Below are positions 47,961 through 60,771 of a DNA stretch of 64,000 nt, piece by piece. The stretch lies in the NCBI RefSeq assembly GCF_032444005.1, contig NC_091285.1, positions 119,598,001-119,662,000 of the forward strand. The letters run 5' to 3'. The position numbers were made by a program, and so were the translations under genes. This stretch comes from Ranitomeya imitator. Its lineage: Eukaryota. Below the pieces are notes generated by a model. That model searched no databases. It was not told the DNA's origin and worked only from the letters and a program-made list of their open reading frames with translations. Within the stretch, counting starts at the first letter, position 1; each line of letters starts with the position of its first letter.

Positions 47961-49073
47961 TTAGCTGTCATTTACTTCCAGGCACATCTCAATTACAAGC
48001 CCGTCCCAGAAAGGTGCAGGTACTGCAACTCAGCCCCATTCACCTGAATTGTGAGGTTTGCCAGGCACATATAGCTCTGGTGCCAGGAAAATGTATTTAA
48101 AACAAGAGTTGTCTTCAAGAAACAACCCCTGACTCTGGGATTAAAGTGGTAACAAAGTTCTGTTTTGTATTTATGGATAGTGGAAGACTACTGCTGTACA
48201 GTCAACATGAGGCTAATTAAGGGCACACTACAAAAACATATATACCAAGAGAACAATGTTTAAGTCTCTTTTAAAGCAACCCTCCACCCTGCATATTACA
48301 TATGACTTAATGTGCTTCCCTCTGTCTCCACTGCCTCCAACTCTGAGATCAATGCACCATCTTCATCTCCTAAATGGTCTCTGCGGAGGCACAGGGAGTC
48401 TGAAGCAGGCCTCCTCTGAATGTGCTCTGATGATGAGGCATCGACTTCAGAGAAAGCGGCAATGGAAGAAAGCACATTAGGAACATTGGAACTGTAGTCA
48501 CATTTCACATGGTGGTCGCTCTAAGAAACACTCCCGAGCGTTGCACACGTTTGCATACATTACATCTCATGTGAAGACATCTGCCTTATGAGATTGAGAT
48601 TGCAAGCTCTACAGGGCAGAACAGCTTAGTCGCTCATGTCCTGCTTTCCTCCTTGCTCAACATAGGTAATCGGCATCAGTATTGTGAGAGAAAGTAAATG
48701 CTAGCTGTGTTCTTTGGTGATTTGGTGACACAGATTTCACGCTTAACACTTCTCAGTACACTGCACAACAAGAGTAAACAGGTATTGTGGTCACAGAGAC
48801 CAAATGCCACTTACATTCCGCTTTTTACATTATTTGCTCCTGCTGCTAGGAACTAAATGAAATATTAAATCCCTTAAATAAACCAGAAAACTGGGGATGA
48901 TGTTCATGACAGCATAAACCATCAGGTCCAAGAATCTGTTCTATTATTATTATTTATTTATATAGCACCATTAATTCCATGGTGCTGTACATGAGATATA
49001 TGAGGATGCACATCATTCCTGGCCAATGTTATAGAGCAGCGTTAACAGTAGGGTGTCTACATAGTCTAACATA

Positions 49074-50705
49074 CAGTTAGGTCCATATATATTTGGACAG
49101 AGACAACATTTTTCTAATTTTGGTTATAGACATTACCACAATGAATTTTAAACAAAACCAGATGCAGTTGAAGTTCAGACTTTCAGCTTTCATTTGAGGG
49201 TATCCACATTAAAATTGGATGAAGGGTTTAGGAGTTTCAGCTCCTTAACATGTGCCACCCTGTTTTTAAAGGGACCAAAAGTAATTGGACAATTGACTCC
49301 AAGGCTATTTCATGGACAGGTGTGGGCAATCCCTTCGTTATGTCATTCTCAATTAAGCAGATAAAAGGCCTGGAGTTGATTTGAGGTGTAGTGCTTGCAT
49401 TTGGAAGGTTTTGCTGTGAAGTAAACATGCGGTCAAAGGAGCTCTCCATCCAGGTGAAACAAGCCATCCTTAAGCTGCAAAAACAGAAAAAAAAACATCC
49501 GAGAAATTGCTACAATATTAGGAGTGGCAAAATCTACAGTTTGGTACATCCTGAGAAAGAAAGAAAGCACTGGTGAACTCATCAATGCAAAAAGACCTGG
49601 GCGCCCACGGAAGACAACAGTGGTGGATGATCGCAGAATAATCTCCATGGTGAAGAGAAACCCCTTCCCAACAGCCAACCAAGTGAACAACACTCTCCAG
49701 GAGGTAGGCGTATCAATATCCAAATCTACCATAAAGAGAAGACTGCATGAAAGTAAATACAGAGGGTTCACTGCACAGTGCAAGCCACTCATAAGCATCA
49801 AGAATAAAAAGGCTAGACTTGACTTTGCTAAAAAACATCTAAAAAAGCCAGCACAGTTCTGGAAGAACATTCTTTGGACAGATGAAACCAAGATCAACCT
49901 CTGCCAGAATGATGGAAAGAGAAAAGTATGGCGAAGGCGCGGTACAGCTCATGATCCAAAGCATACCACATCATCTGTAAAACACGGTGGAGGCAGTGTG
50001 ATGGCTTGGGCATGCATGGCTGCCAGTAGCACTGGGTCACTAGTGTTTATTAATGATGTGACACAGGAGAGAAGCAGCCAAATGAATTCTGAGGTATTCA
50101 GAGCCATACTGTGTGCTCAGATCCAGCCAAACTGATTGGTTGTCGTTTCATACTACAGATGGACAATGACCCAAAACATAAAGCCAAAGCAACCCAGGAG
50201 CTTATTAAAGCAAAGAAGTGGAATATTCTTGAATGGCCAAGTCAGTCATCTGATCTCAACCCAATTGAGCATGCATTTCACTTGTTAAAGACTAAACTTC
50301 AGACAGAAAGGCCCACAAACAAACAGCAACTGAAAACCACTGCAGTGAAGGCCTGGCAGAGCCTCAAAAAGGAGGAAACACAGCGTCTGGTGATGTCCAT
50401 GAGTTCAAGACTTCAGGCAGTCATTGCCAACAAAGGGTTTTCAACCAATTACTAAAAATGAACATTTTATTTAAAATTATTGAATCTGTCCAATTAATTT
50501 TGGTCCGTTTAAAAACAGGGGGGCACATGTGAAGGAGCTGAAACTCTTAAACCCTTCATCCAATTTTAATGTGGAGACCCTCAAATGAAAGCTGAAAGTC
50601 TGAACTTCAACTGCATCTGAATTGTTTTGTTTAAAATTCATTGTGGTAATGTCTATAACCAAAATTAGAAAAATGTCTCTGTCCAAATATATATGGACCT
50701 AACTG
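49074..50705 (+). mobile_element. Full-length Tc1-family transposon (second family), ~220-bp TIRs, defective transposase
   Basis: TA|CAGTTAGGTCCATATATATTTGGACA..TGTCCAAATATATATGGACCTAACTG|TA. Confidence 0.95.
49427..50455 (+). pseudogene. Tc1 transposase with two frameshifts
   Basis: MRSKELS.., WTDETK, MDNDPKH, DLNPIEH. Frameshifts at the A-run near 49490 and at a small deletion near 50130. Confidence 0.9.
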
Positions 50706-50810
50706 TATATTAATTACTAGTGAGACTTTGTAGAAAAACTGTACAGACCTACAAGACACACTGCATGAGTGGTTAATGATAATTTCCTCTCGAAAGCTGC
50801 CATACTGGTA

Positions 50811-51284
50811 GGGTATGTGCACACATTAAGGTTTTATCGCATTTTTATCGCAAAAAAACGCGATAAAACCGCATTAGAAGCCGCATCCTATGATTTAGAA
50901 TGCATTCTGCAATTTTTGTGCACATGATCCGGTTTTTTTGCGATAAAAACGCGATAAAACCGCATTAGAAACCGCAGACATATGCATCCTATCATTTAGA
51001 ATGCATTCTGCAATTTTTGTGCACAGGATGCGTTTTTTTTCTGCGAAAAAAACGCATCGTGGTAAAAAAAAGCAGCATGTTCATTAATTTTGCGGATTTT
51101 CTGCGTTTTTCCCGCTATTCTATGCATCTGGGAAAAAACGCACCAAAAACGCACCAAAAACGTGTCAAAAATGCGTCAAAAATGCATGGGAAAACGCAAA
51201 AAAAATGCATGCGGATTTCTGGCAGAAATGTCCGGTTTTTGTCAGGAAAATTTCTGCAAGAAATCCTGACGTGTGCACATACCC
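50811..51284. mobile_element. Harbinger-type MITE (family of 20567-20947, opposite orientation, internal ~80-bp duplication)
   Basis: TIR GGGTATGTGCAC; TSD is degraded. Confidence 0.8.
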
Positions 51285-52197
51285 GCACTCACACAGTAAC
51301 ATTTTAATCAGTATTTTCTATCAATTTCTGTAAGAAAAAATCAGGAGCAGATCAAAATGCAAAAGTTTGAGTAGTTCCATTATTCTTTTTTGGTTTCACT
51401 CTTGGTTTTTAGCCGATTTCCATCCGTGGGATTTTCCACCGTTTTGGTCTGTGTGTTAGGGTTCATCAAACAAGCGTATCGGTGCCATTCTCATCCAGAA
51501 AAGAGGTGCAATTTATTTCTCACTTGTCATCCGTGTGCAGTCCGTGTGCTGTCAGTTTACAATCTGTTTTTTAACTCAGCAGCTATAAATCTTTTACAAA
51601 ACCATTTACAGCTTCCTATAAGAGAAAATTATAATGTATCAATAAAAATCAGATGCCATCAGATGTCGGAGTGAAATCACAGCATGGAGCGATTTTTTTG
51701 CTAAATACAGCTGAGAAAAAAATAAGCAGATCTGCACTGCTTAGTAGATTAACAGTGGGCCTAGTGCAATACCTTTTTTTCTCACAATGCATGCTTCCAA
51801 TTTATACACTACTTACGGTATACGCTATTTATATGCCCCATTTTAGGAAGCATTCACACGTTCAAAAATGATGTTCAAACAATGTTCACAAACGTGAGTC
51901 AAAAATGCATAAGTGGTGACGTGTTTCTATTTCACTGTTCATCTGATTGTTCCACTCCTGACTTTGGCTTACAAATACTGAGGTAAAATACTGACCACAT
52001 ACTGAATGTGACCAATATTAGTGTGTCATGCTTGAAAAATAAAACTATCGGAGGATTTCCTATGCTTCTTGTGGCATTAGTCAGTGAAAATCAGATAGCC
52101 TATGATGCAAGCCAGGTAATATCTGTGGGCTACCTGTTTTCTCACTGACCCATTAAGTTGATTGGGCAAGCTTGATTCTTAATTCAGACAAAGTAAG

Positions 52198-53155
52198 TGT
52201 CACGGATCCCTTCTCCGTGGTGTCACTAATTCGTCACGTGTCCGCTCTCACACGTGACTTGGGGTTGTGCCTTTAAGGGTTAATCTATCTCCCCACTCTC
52301 AGTCCAGCATTCAACCTCTGTCCCATGGTGTAATAAGAGCATAAATCACACACCAACCCAGGCCACACACCCGCTCATACACGCTGCCACCACTCACCGA
52401 ATACACGGGCGATGAGTCCCAGACTATTAATAATAATGTCTATCACTTATAAGGCTCACACACCTTAGGCTATGGATTCTTTTAGAACATTCAAGGTTCA
52501 ACTTGTTAACGTTTTATACTTTAATAACAAAAGGTTCAATGCTTACAATAAGAAAAAGGTATAAAATATGATGATAATAATAAGACATACAACTTATGCA
52601 AAACAGTATAAAATAAAGAGGAGAACTTACAGAAATGATCTAACTGGTAGTTGCTTTCTGCTACCTGAGGGTAGGATGAATGTAGATTGGATCATACCAG
52701 CTTCTCAGGCTGCCCCCATCATGTGAACACAATTCTCTGTCTGCAGCCTAAATTTATAAACTTTGGTCTGAGGTCAGGTTTCTAGACCGGCCCTTCAGGT
52801 TAATATCATAATTGTGGGCTGTTTGATTGGGCATGGCCGCTCTACTAATGAATATATATTATGTTCCTCTGGAGACACTTGTGAGATGGTTCCCAGGAAT
52901 AGCTAACCTCAGACCGCAATTAGCATCTCCCCTCCAAGCACTAGGAGGTGTCAAATGTTACTTTTCTTCTTGGCTCTAGCTAGACCTCCTGGTGAGATAT
53001 GGAGACACAATTTCTACTAGTCCCAAGGAAGTACCTATTAACACCTAGGTGCGACTTGCCTTCAGGACAGATGTTACATTATCACTAGTCACACATATAA
53101 CCCTAGACATATGTCACTACACACATATAGATATATATACACATATTTCACCACA
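52198..53155. mobile_element. Solo LTR (958 bp)
   Basis: TG...CA ends and perfect 5-bp TSD GTAAG at 52193-52197 and 53156-53160; no internal coding sequence. Confidence 0.85.
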
Positions 53156-53399
53156 GTAAGGATATCTCTTTTTTCCCCACAATGAAAAAAAAAACCTGAT
53201 AGAATACATATGTGGCACTCAGACCAGCACTCTGCCTTCAGCACCTAGCGAACAGCACCAATTTTCATAGATTATTACCATCAGCCCCCTAGTGGTCAGC
53301 TTTCCCTCTGCTAGTTATGAAAATGACATGGGAGCCATTTTTTAATCAGAATGTACAGAGAATGTGCTGAATGCAACTCCCATCATTGTCGCCTGGCTT

Positions 53400-54189
53400 C
53401 AACCACATATCCAAGCCCTTTTCACTTCCTGCTGACTCCAACTCAAAAACATTTCTCAGATATGCACATTCCTTAACCAAGAATCTTTAAAAACACTAGT
53501 GCATGCCCTCACCATCTCCCGCCTCGACTTCTGCAACTTCCTGCTTTGCGACCTCCCCGCTAACACACGCACCACTTCAATATATCCTAAACTCTGCTGC
53601 CTGACTAATTCACCTGTCCCCCCTCTATTCCATGGCCTCTCCTCTATGTCAATTACTTCACTGGCTTCCCATTACCCAGAGACTCCAGTTCAAAATCCTA
53701 ACCATAGCATACAAAGCCATCCACAACCTGTCTCCTCCATACATCTGTGACCCAGTCTCCTGGTACTTACCAGCATGCAACCTCTAATCCTCACAAGATC
53801 TACTTCTCTACTCCCCTCTTCCCACAATTGCATGCAAAATTTTTCCCGTGTATCCCCCTACTCTGGAACTGTGTACCCCAACTTATCAGACTCTCGCCTA
53901 TTGTGGAAACCTTCAAAAGGAACCTGAAGAACTACCTCTTCCGACAAGCCTACAACCTGCAATAACCATTGTTCCACCATGCTGCTGCATGACCAGCTCT
54001 ACCCTCAGCTACTGCATCCTCACCCATCCCTTGTAGATTGTGAGCCCTCGCGGGCAGGGTCCGCTCTCCTCCTGTATCAGTCGTGACTTTTACTGTTTAA
54101 GATTATTATATTTGTTTTTTAGGTATACCCCTTTTCACATGTAAAGTGCCATGGAATAAATGGGGCTATAATAATAAATAACAATAATG
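53400..54189 (+). mobile_element. L2 LINE 3' fragment
   Basis: VHALTISRLDFCN.. and LWNCVP.. fragments, 3' GATTGTGAGCCCTCGCGGGCAGGG motif, and AAT-rich tail. Confidence 0.85.
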
Positions 54190-54879
54190 TGTGCAAACAC
54201 ATTCATTTGAATGGGTTTATGTGTGTAACTGTCTCAGGTATGTGTGAAAACTGTCACCACTGCAGACCATGATATGTGAAGGATGTCTTACTATAAAAAT
54301 GCCATGAAAGTACAAAAAAGTACCCATTGAATTTAATATTCTTTTCTCTGTAGAATTTTTAGCCAACAAAATATAGCAGGCCAGTGGCGTAACTACAAAG
54401 TGAGGGGCCCCGATGCAAACTTTCAAATACCCCCTTCCCCCCCGCGCCAAAATATTTCCCACCGAAATTCACATTTTCCCTATTCATTTCGCACACTATA
54501 GTTTTGTTGCAATGTTGTATAGTCTGACCTAATACTTCCCTGTAATCGCTGAGAAAAATGATTTTATAACTAACATGTCTCTATACTAATTAGGGCGATG
54601 TCTTCGGAAGTGCAGACTCTGGGCGTTCATGTCCTCCCTCGCTCTAATTCCAAGCACACTCCCGGCGTTTGAAATCTGTGTGCTGTTTCTTCCTGGTATG
54701 ACGCTGCAGTGCGTCATTTCCGGACCTGTGCAGTGTGGGGGTGTACTGGTTGGCTCCGGAGCATGTGCACTGCACATTCTGACGCTGGTGAGTACACGCA
54801 ATACTCCCCCACAGTGCACATGCTGGGCTCTGCCCACAGCCGTGTACCATTCTTCCCGACTCGGAAGTTTACAGCCCGT

Positions 54880-56360
54880 ACACACGGCTTTGCTCCGAGA
54901 ACCCCGTACACATACGGTTCTGCTCCGTACACCTTGTACACACGCAGCTCTGCTCTGTACACCTTGCACACATGGCTTCGATCTGAGAACCCCGTACACA
55001 CGTGGCTCTGCTCCGTACACCTCGTACACACACGGCTCTGCTCCGTACACCTTGTACACACGGCTCTGCTCTGTACACCTTGTACACACGCGGCTCTGCG
55101 CCGTACACCTTGTACACACGCGGCTCTGCTCCGTACACCTTGTACACATGCGGCTCTGCTCCTTACACCTCGTACACACGCGGCTCTGCTCCATACACCT
55201 CGTACACACGCAACTCTGCCCCTTACACCTTGCACACACGCGGCTCTGCTTCTTACACCTTGCACACACGCGGCTCTGCCCCTTACACCTTGTACACACA
55301 CGGCTCCGCTCCTTACACCCGCCGATCTGCTCCGTACACCTCACACAGCTCCTCTTTGTACACTCCATACACACGCTTCTCCGCTCTGTCCACCCCGTAC
55401 ACACGCGGCTCCTGTTATGGCTGGCAATCAGGCAACACAGCGTGCAGTAATCAGCGCACATACAGAGATCTGGCAATAACCAAAAACAATAGGACGAGCT
55501 CTGAGACGTGGAATCTCTGTAGACTGCAGTACCTGATCTATCCTCACACAACTATAAGCAGCAGTGGATTGCGCCTATCACTACCTATGCAACTCGGCAC
55601 TGCCTGAGGAGCTGACTAGCCTGAAGATAGAAATACAAGCCTGACTTACCTCAGAGAAATACCCCAAAGGAATAGGCAGCCCCCCACATATAATGACTGT
55701 TAGCAAGATGAAAAGACAAACGTAGGAATGAAATAGATTCAGCAAAGTGAGGCCCGATATTCTAGACAGAGCGAGGATAGCAAAGAGAACTATGCAGTCT
55801 ACAAAAAACCCTAAAACGAAAACCACGCAAAGGGGCAAAAAGACCCACCGTGCCGAACTAACAGCACGGCGGTGCACCCTTTGCTTCTCAGAGCTTCCAG
55901 CAAAAGTTAATAGCAAGCTGGACAGAAAAAACAGAAAACAAACTAGAAGCACTTATCTAGCAGAGCAGCAGGCCCAAGGAAAGATGCAGTAGCTCAGATC
56001 CAACACTGGAACATTGACGAGGAGCAAGGAAGACAGACTCAGGTGGAGCTAAATAGCAAGGCAGCCAACGAGCTCACCAAAACACCTGAGGGAGGAAGCC
56101 CAGAGACTGCAATACCACTTGTGACCACAGAAGTGAACTCAGCCACAGAATTCACAACAGGCTCCGCTCCATACACCTCATAAACACGCAGCACCACTCC
56201 ATACACCCCATACATACACAACTCCACTCACCTCTTTCACCCTCGGCTCAGCTTTGTACACCTCGTACACACCTGACTCCGCTCCGTACACCTTGTACAC
56301 ATTGCTCCACTACACACATACACGGCTCCGCTCTGTACACCTTGTACACACACGGCTCTG
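54880..56360. repeat. 30-bp minisatellite (GGCTCTGCTCCGTACACCTTGTACACACGC)n split by a solo LTR
   Basis: Units at 54880-55410 and 56160-56360. An unmatched hAT-like TIR CAGTGGCGTAACTA lies upstream at 54382. Confidence 0.88.
55413..56159. mobile_element. Solo LTR (747 bp)
   Basis: TGTT...AACA termini with GGCTCC duplicated at 55407-55412 and 56160-56165. Confidence 0.85.
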
Positions 56361-56526
56361 TTACATCCACCCAGTAAACCCCTCCTGACCCCACACATAA
56401 ACATCCCCTCATTCAGCACCATGACAATCAAGCACAGCAGAGTCCTGCATACACTGAGGCCCTGATCATGTGACCCCTGACTCCTCCCCTCCTGTGACCT
56501 CATCACAGGTCCTGTGCGCACAGAAC

Positions 56527-56528
<2 letters not shown>

Positions 56529-56558
<30 letters not shown>
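56529..56558. repeat. (GT)n microsatellite
   Basis: Seen directly in the sequence. Confidence 0.95.
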
Positions 56559-56561
<3 letters not shown>

Positions 56562-56648
56562 CGCATGTGTCAAGTGTAAGCAGCACATCAGCACTTTACA
56601 GCCGCTTCACTCACCAGCTGCTGCCTTCCATCTCTGTCAAGCCCAGAG

Positions 56649-57294
56649 ATATCTTTATGTAGCATCTTATGAGGCCATAATCAACGTTTGTGCAGCACTA
56701 TATGGGGCAAATATCTTTATGGAGCATCTTATGGGGCCATAATTAACGTTTCTGGAGCATTATATGGGGCAAGTGTCTGTGTGGAGCATCTTTTGGGGCC
56801 ATAATCAAGGTTTGTGCAGCAATATATTGGGCAAATATCTTTATGGAGCATCTTATGGGGCCATAATCAAGGTTTGTGCAGCACTATATGGGGCAAATAT
56901 CTTTATGGAGCATCTTATGGGCCATAATCAACATTTGTGCAGCATTATATTGGGCAAATGTGTCTATGGAGCATCTTATGGGGCCATTATTAACCTTTAT
57001 GCAGAATTATATGGGGCATATTTTAATAGGGAGCATCTAATGGGGCCATCATAAACTTTATGGAGCATTATGTGGGGCTCCTAATTCAATATGGACATTC
57101 AAAAACACTTAACCTACTCATGTCTCAATTAATTTTACTTTAATTGGTATCTATTTTTACTTTTGACATTTACCGGTAGCTGCTGCATTTTCCACCCTAG
57201 GCTTATACTCGAGTCATTAAGTTTTCCCAGTTTTTTGTGGCAAAATTAGGGGGTCGGCTTATACTCAGGTCGGCTTATACTCGAGTATATCCGA
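56649..57294 (-). mobile_element. Tc2/pogo-like non-autonomous end fragment with a ~62-bp tandem array
   Basis: Terminus GGCTTATACTCGAGTATATCCGA|TA, degenerate relative to ..GTATATACGG|TA. About 7 units of 62 bp. Confidence 0.65.
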
Positions 57295-58209
57295 TAGGCT
57301 TAAAGCAAAGCGGACAGAAATACAGTTATTTATCTTAAAAAAATAAAACAGATCAGAAAAACAGAAAATGGAAGGCTATATAAAGGAAATGCCTATACAT
57401 CTGCTCAATTTCTTCACTAATGAAAATGTAGGTGATGTGAAAGGGACGTAAGAATGAATATTATCACCACCACAATCGGTATGTCAATCACATGCAGGTT
57501 GGTAGGTTTTGCTTATTTTCTTGGCATGGCACTTTATGACTGAGCAATGCTAAGATGGTTAATGATGTGGAACAGCAGCAAAGATCATTCGAACCCGACA
57601 TGTAATAACATATTTGCTGCACTTGCTACCATAACAAAGGCATCAACAAAAGAACCAATAAATGAATGAAGCAGCAATATGTTCAGCTAATCTAGAAATA
57701 ATGGTCAATAAAATACTGAAACTAATATATCTTTAAGACTTTATCTCAATTTATTCTGATTGAATATAGATTTTAAACTCATTTGATAACTCTGGCATTA
57801 TATAAATACTCATCTGCTATCTTTCTGAACAAACACACATTAGATTATAGGGCTCCACTGTAACCACACTGATACTGAACACTGTTTAGGCTGAAAAGTA
57901 GGGGGCGGAACTAATAAAATTATATTCCATGTATATTGATTTACGCAGTATATTAAAATATATGAATAAATATGTATTAATTCATATCTGCTTTATAAAT
58001 CCTTACTAGCCAAAAGAGATACAAGTCAATCCTTCACAGCTTATCGCAAGCTCTGCAGCTGACGCATCTCGTTCCAAACAAACACCTTGCACTATTAGGT
58101 CTCAGCAATAGCAATGCCTCTGCATGCGGTCTGTATGGGGGAGCACAAAGTCCCACATTGTGGACATCCCACGTGCCACCCTGAGGAGCCTCCATGCAGA
58201 ACTGTATTC

Positions 58210-58510
58210 TATTCAGAAGTTATGTTCATAAGGTTTTTTGCTTTTGTACTTGGGTTGATATGCATGTCGGACAAAAGAACGTTAATCTGTGGGACACAGA
58301 TTCCCATCTTGTTTGTACTTGCGTATAATGGTTGTACAGATGAACGAGGCACCTTCAGATATCTTGAAATTGTACCCAAGGGTGAGCCAGACTTGTGCAA
58401 GTCCACAATTCTCTTCCTGATATGTTGGCTGATTTCTTTAGACTTCCCCATGATGCTACACAAAGAAGCAGTGTGTTTCAGGTGTACATTAAAATACATC
58501 CACAGGTGTG
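58210..58510 (-). pseudogene. Sleeping Beauty-like Tc1 transposase N-terminal relic
   Basis: MGKSKEISQHIRKRIVDLHKSGSPLGTISRYLKVPRSSVQ closely follows the SB N-terminus as recalled (MGKSKEISQDLRKKIVDLHKSGSSLGAISK). Confidence 0.8.
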
Positions 58511-59189
58511 TCAGAAGCTTCCAAACACAGAAAGGATAGCAGGCACCACAAAGCATGAGTAAGTCAGGGATCAACCATATGCATATGAGGAAGACTATAA
58601 AGAGAAACTAAAAAAAAAGATATGCATAACACTGGGATCGACCATCAAAAGATACAACTTTATTCATACAAAAAGGCACATCAAAACAAGACATACATTA
58701 AAAAGCATTTAAAAACGGAAAAAACAGCACATGGCTAGTAAGCTACATGCAACCCCCCAGACAGTTGGAAACAAATGTCATTTAGCACTGAACAATGTGA
58801 CAAATATTTAGAGAAGGTACATGCGTATGAATTGAAACATGTACACTAATATATACTCATATACCACCAACTTATACCCTACAGGCATTAAAAAGCATTA
58901 AGAAAAAAAGTATAATGTATACAAAATTTAGGCTCAGAGTATGCCCCCTCATGCACCCTAAAAATTCCAATGGAAGCAATAACACTATATGAGATGCTAT
59001 CCAGAAAACTGGGTGTAAGGTAACCATGTATTAGATCAAGATATACCCCCCAGAAACAATAGCCAAGTTATAAAGGAATATATCACCAAAAGACCAGGAG
59101 CGAGGCAGATACTAAACTCCGAAGAAGCCTAAAGTGCAGGGATGCCAAGTGGAGATGAGGTAGTTCAAATATAAAGTGCTAGTACTGGG

Positions 59190-60166
59190 CCCATATAATG
59201 CTCCATGCAGTTCATTATGGCTCCATAAGATGCTCCATATTAAAATATGCCCCATATAATGCTCCATGCAGTTCATTATGGTCCCATAAGATGCTCCATA
59301 TTATAATATGCCCCATATAATGCTCCATGCAGTTCTTTATGGCCCCATAAGATGCCCCATATAATGCTCCATGCAGTTCTTTATGGCCCCATAGATGCCT
59401 CATATAATGCTCCATGCAGTTCTTTATGGCCCCAGAGATGCCCCATATAATGCTCCATGCAGTTCTTTATGGCCCCATAGATGCCCCATATAATGCTCTA
59501 TGCAATTCTTTATGGCCCCATAGATGCCCCATATAATGCTCCATGCAGTTCTTTATGGCCCCATAGATGCTCCATATAACATTGTGCCACATGTAATGCT
59601 GTTGCTGCACTAAAAAAAATGACAAACTCACCTCTCGTCGCTGCCCGCTGCTCCTCAGCGTACCGTCTCTCCGCAGTAACTGTTCAGGCAGAGGGTGGCG
59701 CGCACACTAATACGTCATTGCGCCCTCTGATCTGAACAGTCAGTGATGAGGACGCGGAAGACGGAGCGTCGGTGGAAGGCGGAAAGGTGAATATGAAATA
59801 CTCCACTCCTGACGCGGTCCCTGCATGTCCCACGGTCTCCGGACGCGGCAGCTTCTTCCTGTAGTGAGCGGTCACATGGTACCGCTCATTACAGTAATGA
59901 ATATGTGGCTCCACCCCTATGGGAGTGGAGTCCATATTCACTACTTTAATGAGTGGTACTAGTGACCGCTGAACAGGAGAAGAAGTTGCCGCGCCCGGAG
60001 ACCGTGGGACATGCAGGGACCGCGTCAGGAGCGCTGGGAGCAGGTGAGTATTTGACAGTCGTCGCTCCCCCTCACCCTCCGACCATGACTCGAGTATAAG
60101 CCGAGAGGGGCACTTTCAGCTCATTTTTTGGGCTGAAAATCTCAGCTTATACTAGAGTATATACGG
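59190..60166 (+). mobile_element. Tc2/pogo-like non-autonomous element (repeat array, CpG core, right end)
   Basis: 43-60-bp GCCCCATATAATGCTCCATGCAG repeats at 59190-59580 and terminus CTTATACTAGAGTATATACGG|TA. Confidence 0.7.
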
Positions 60167-60771
60167 TAATAATTTGTAATCGTAATTGACCTAAAATCGG
60201 AAAGGTTTATTCTGATTTCATGTCAGATATTGAGAAAAGCATGCATTTGTGTCTTTTTATATAGCACATTTAAACTTCTAGTTTATGTACACACACACAT
60301 ACCATCAATGGCCACATCAAGAGAAATTCTGAACAATCACTGATTGCTTTATAACAAATCCACTACAATGACTGTTTATGAAGACCAGCGTACAATTGTG
60401 GCAGACCACTTCAATCGTCACATTGCAAACTTTAACCTGATATTTACTGTCACATGCTACAGAAAATGTCAAGTGACAATTTGCTATGCAGTGAGACGTG
60501 AAGTGACTTAAAGACGGAAAGTTCCTCTAATTACTGGCAGAAAAGAGTGGAGTGGTGCAGCTGGGTATAATTATTTTTTACTTGATGGTTAATGGATTGT
60601 TCCCAAGACTATATTCGTAGGAGAGAGGATAAGGTATTGACTGTCTGAGCATTGTTTCATTTGTTGGCTACGGGGCAGTCAGAAATAGATGTACATGGTA
60701 GTCTGCAATCTCCAGCAGTCCCACAATGAATGGAGTGGAGGTATGCAAACTGTCAACCTTGGCTACATTTA

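Noticed and set aside
14262-48440. Other CTGATGA occurrences (near 14262, 16750, 24065, 24562, 48427) as hammerhead cores
   Set aside because: None has a stem II followed by GAAA; only the 37349 site fits.
54586-55607. Overlapping Cys/Thr/His-rich ORFs resembling metal-binding proteins
   Set aside because: They derive from the 30-bp minisatellite and are open in many frames on both strands.
58570-59180. Possible Penelope-like terminal remnant on the minus strand (also ~14690-14880)
   Set aside because: Only compositional resemblance and an AATAAA; no ribozyme core, ORF or TSD could be identified.
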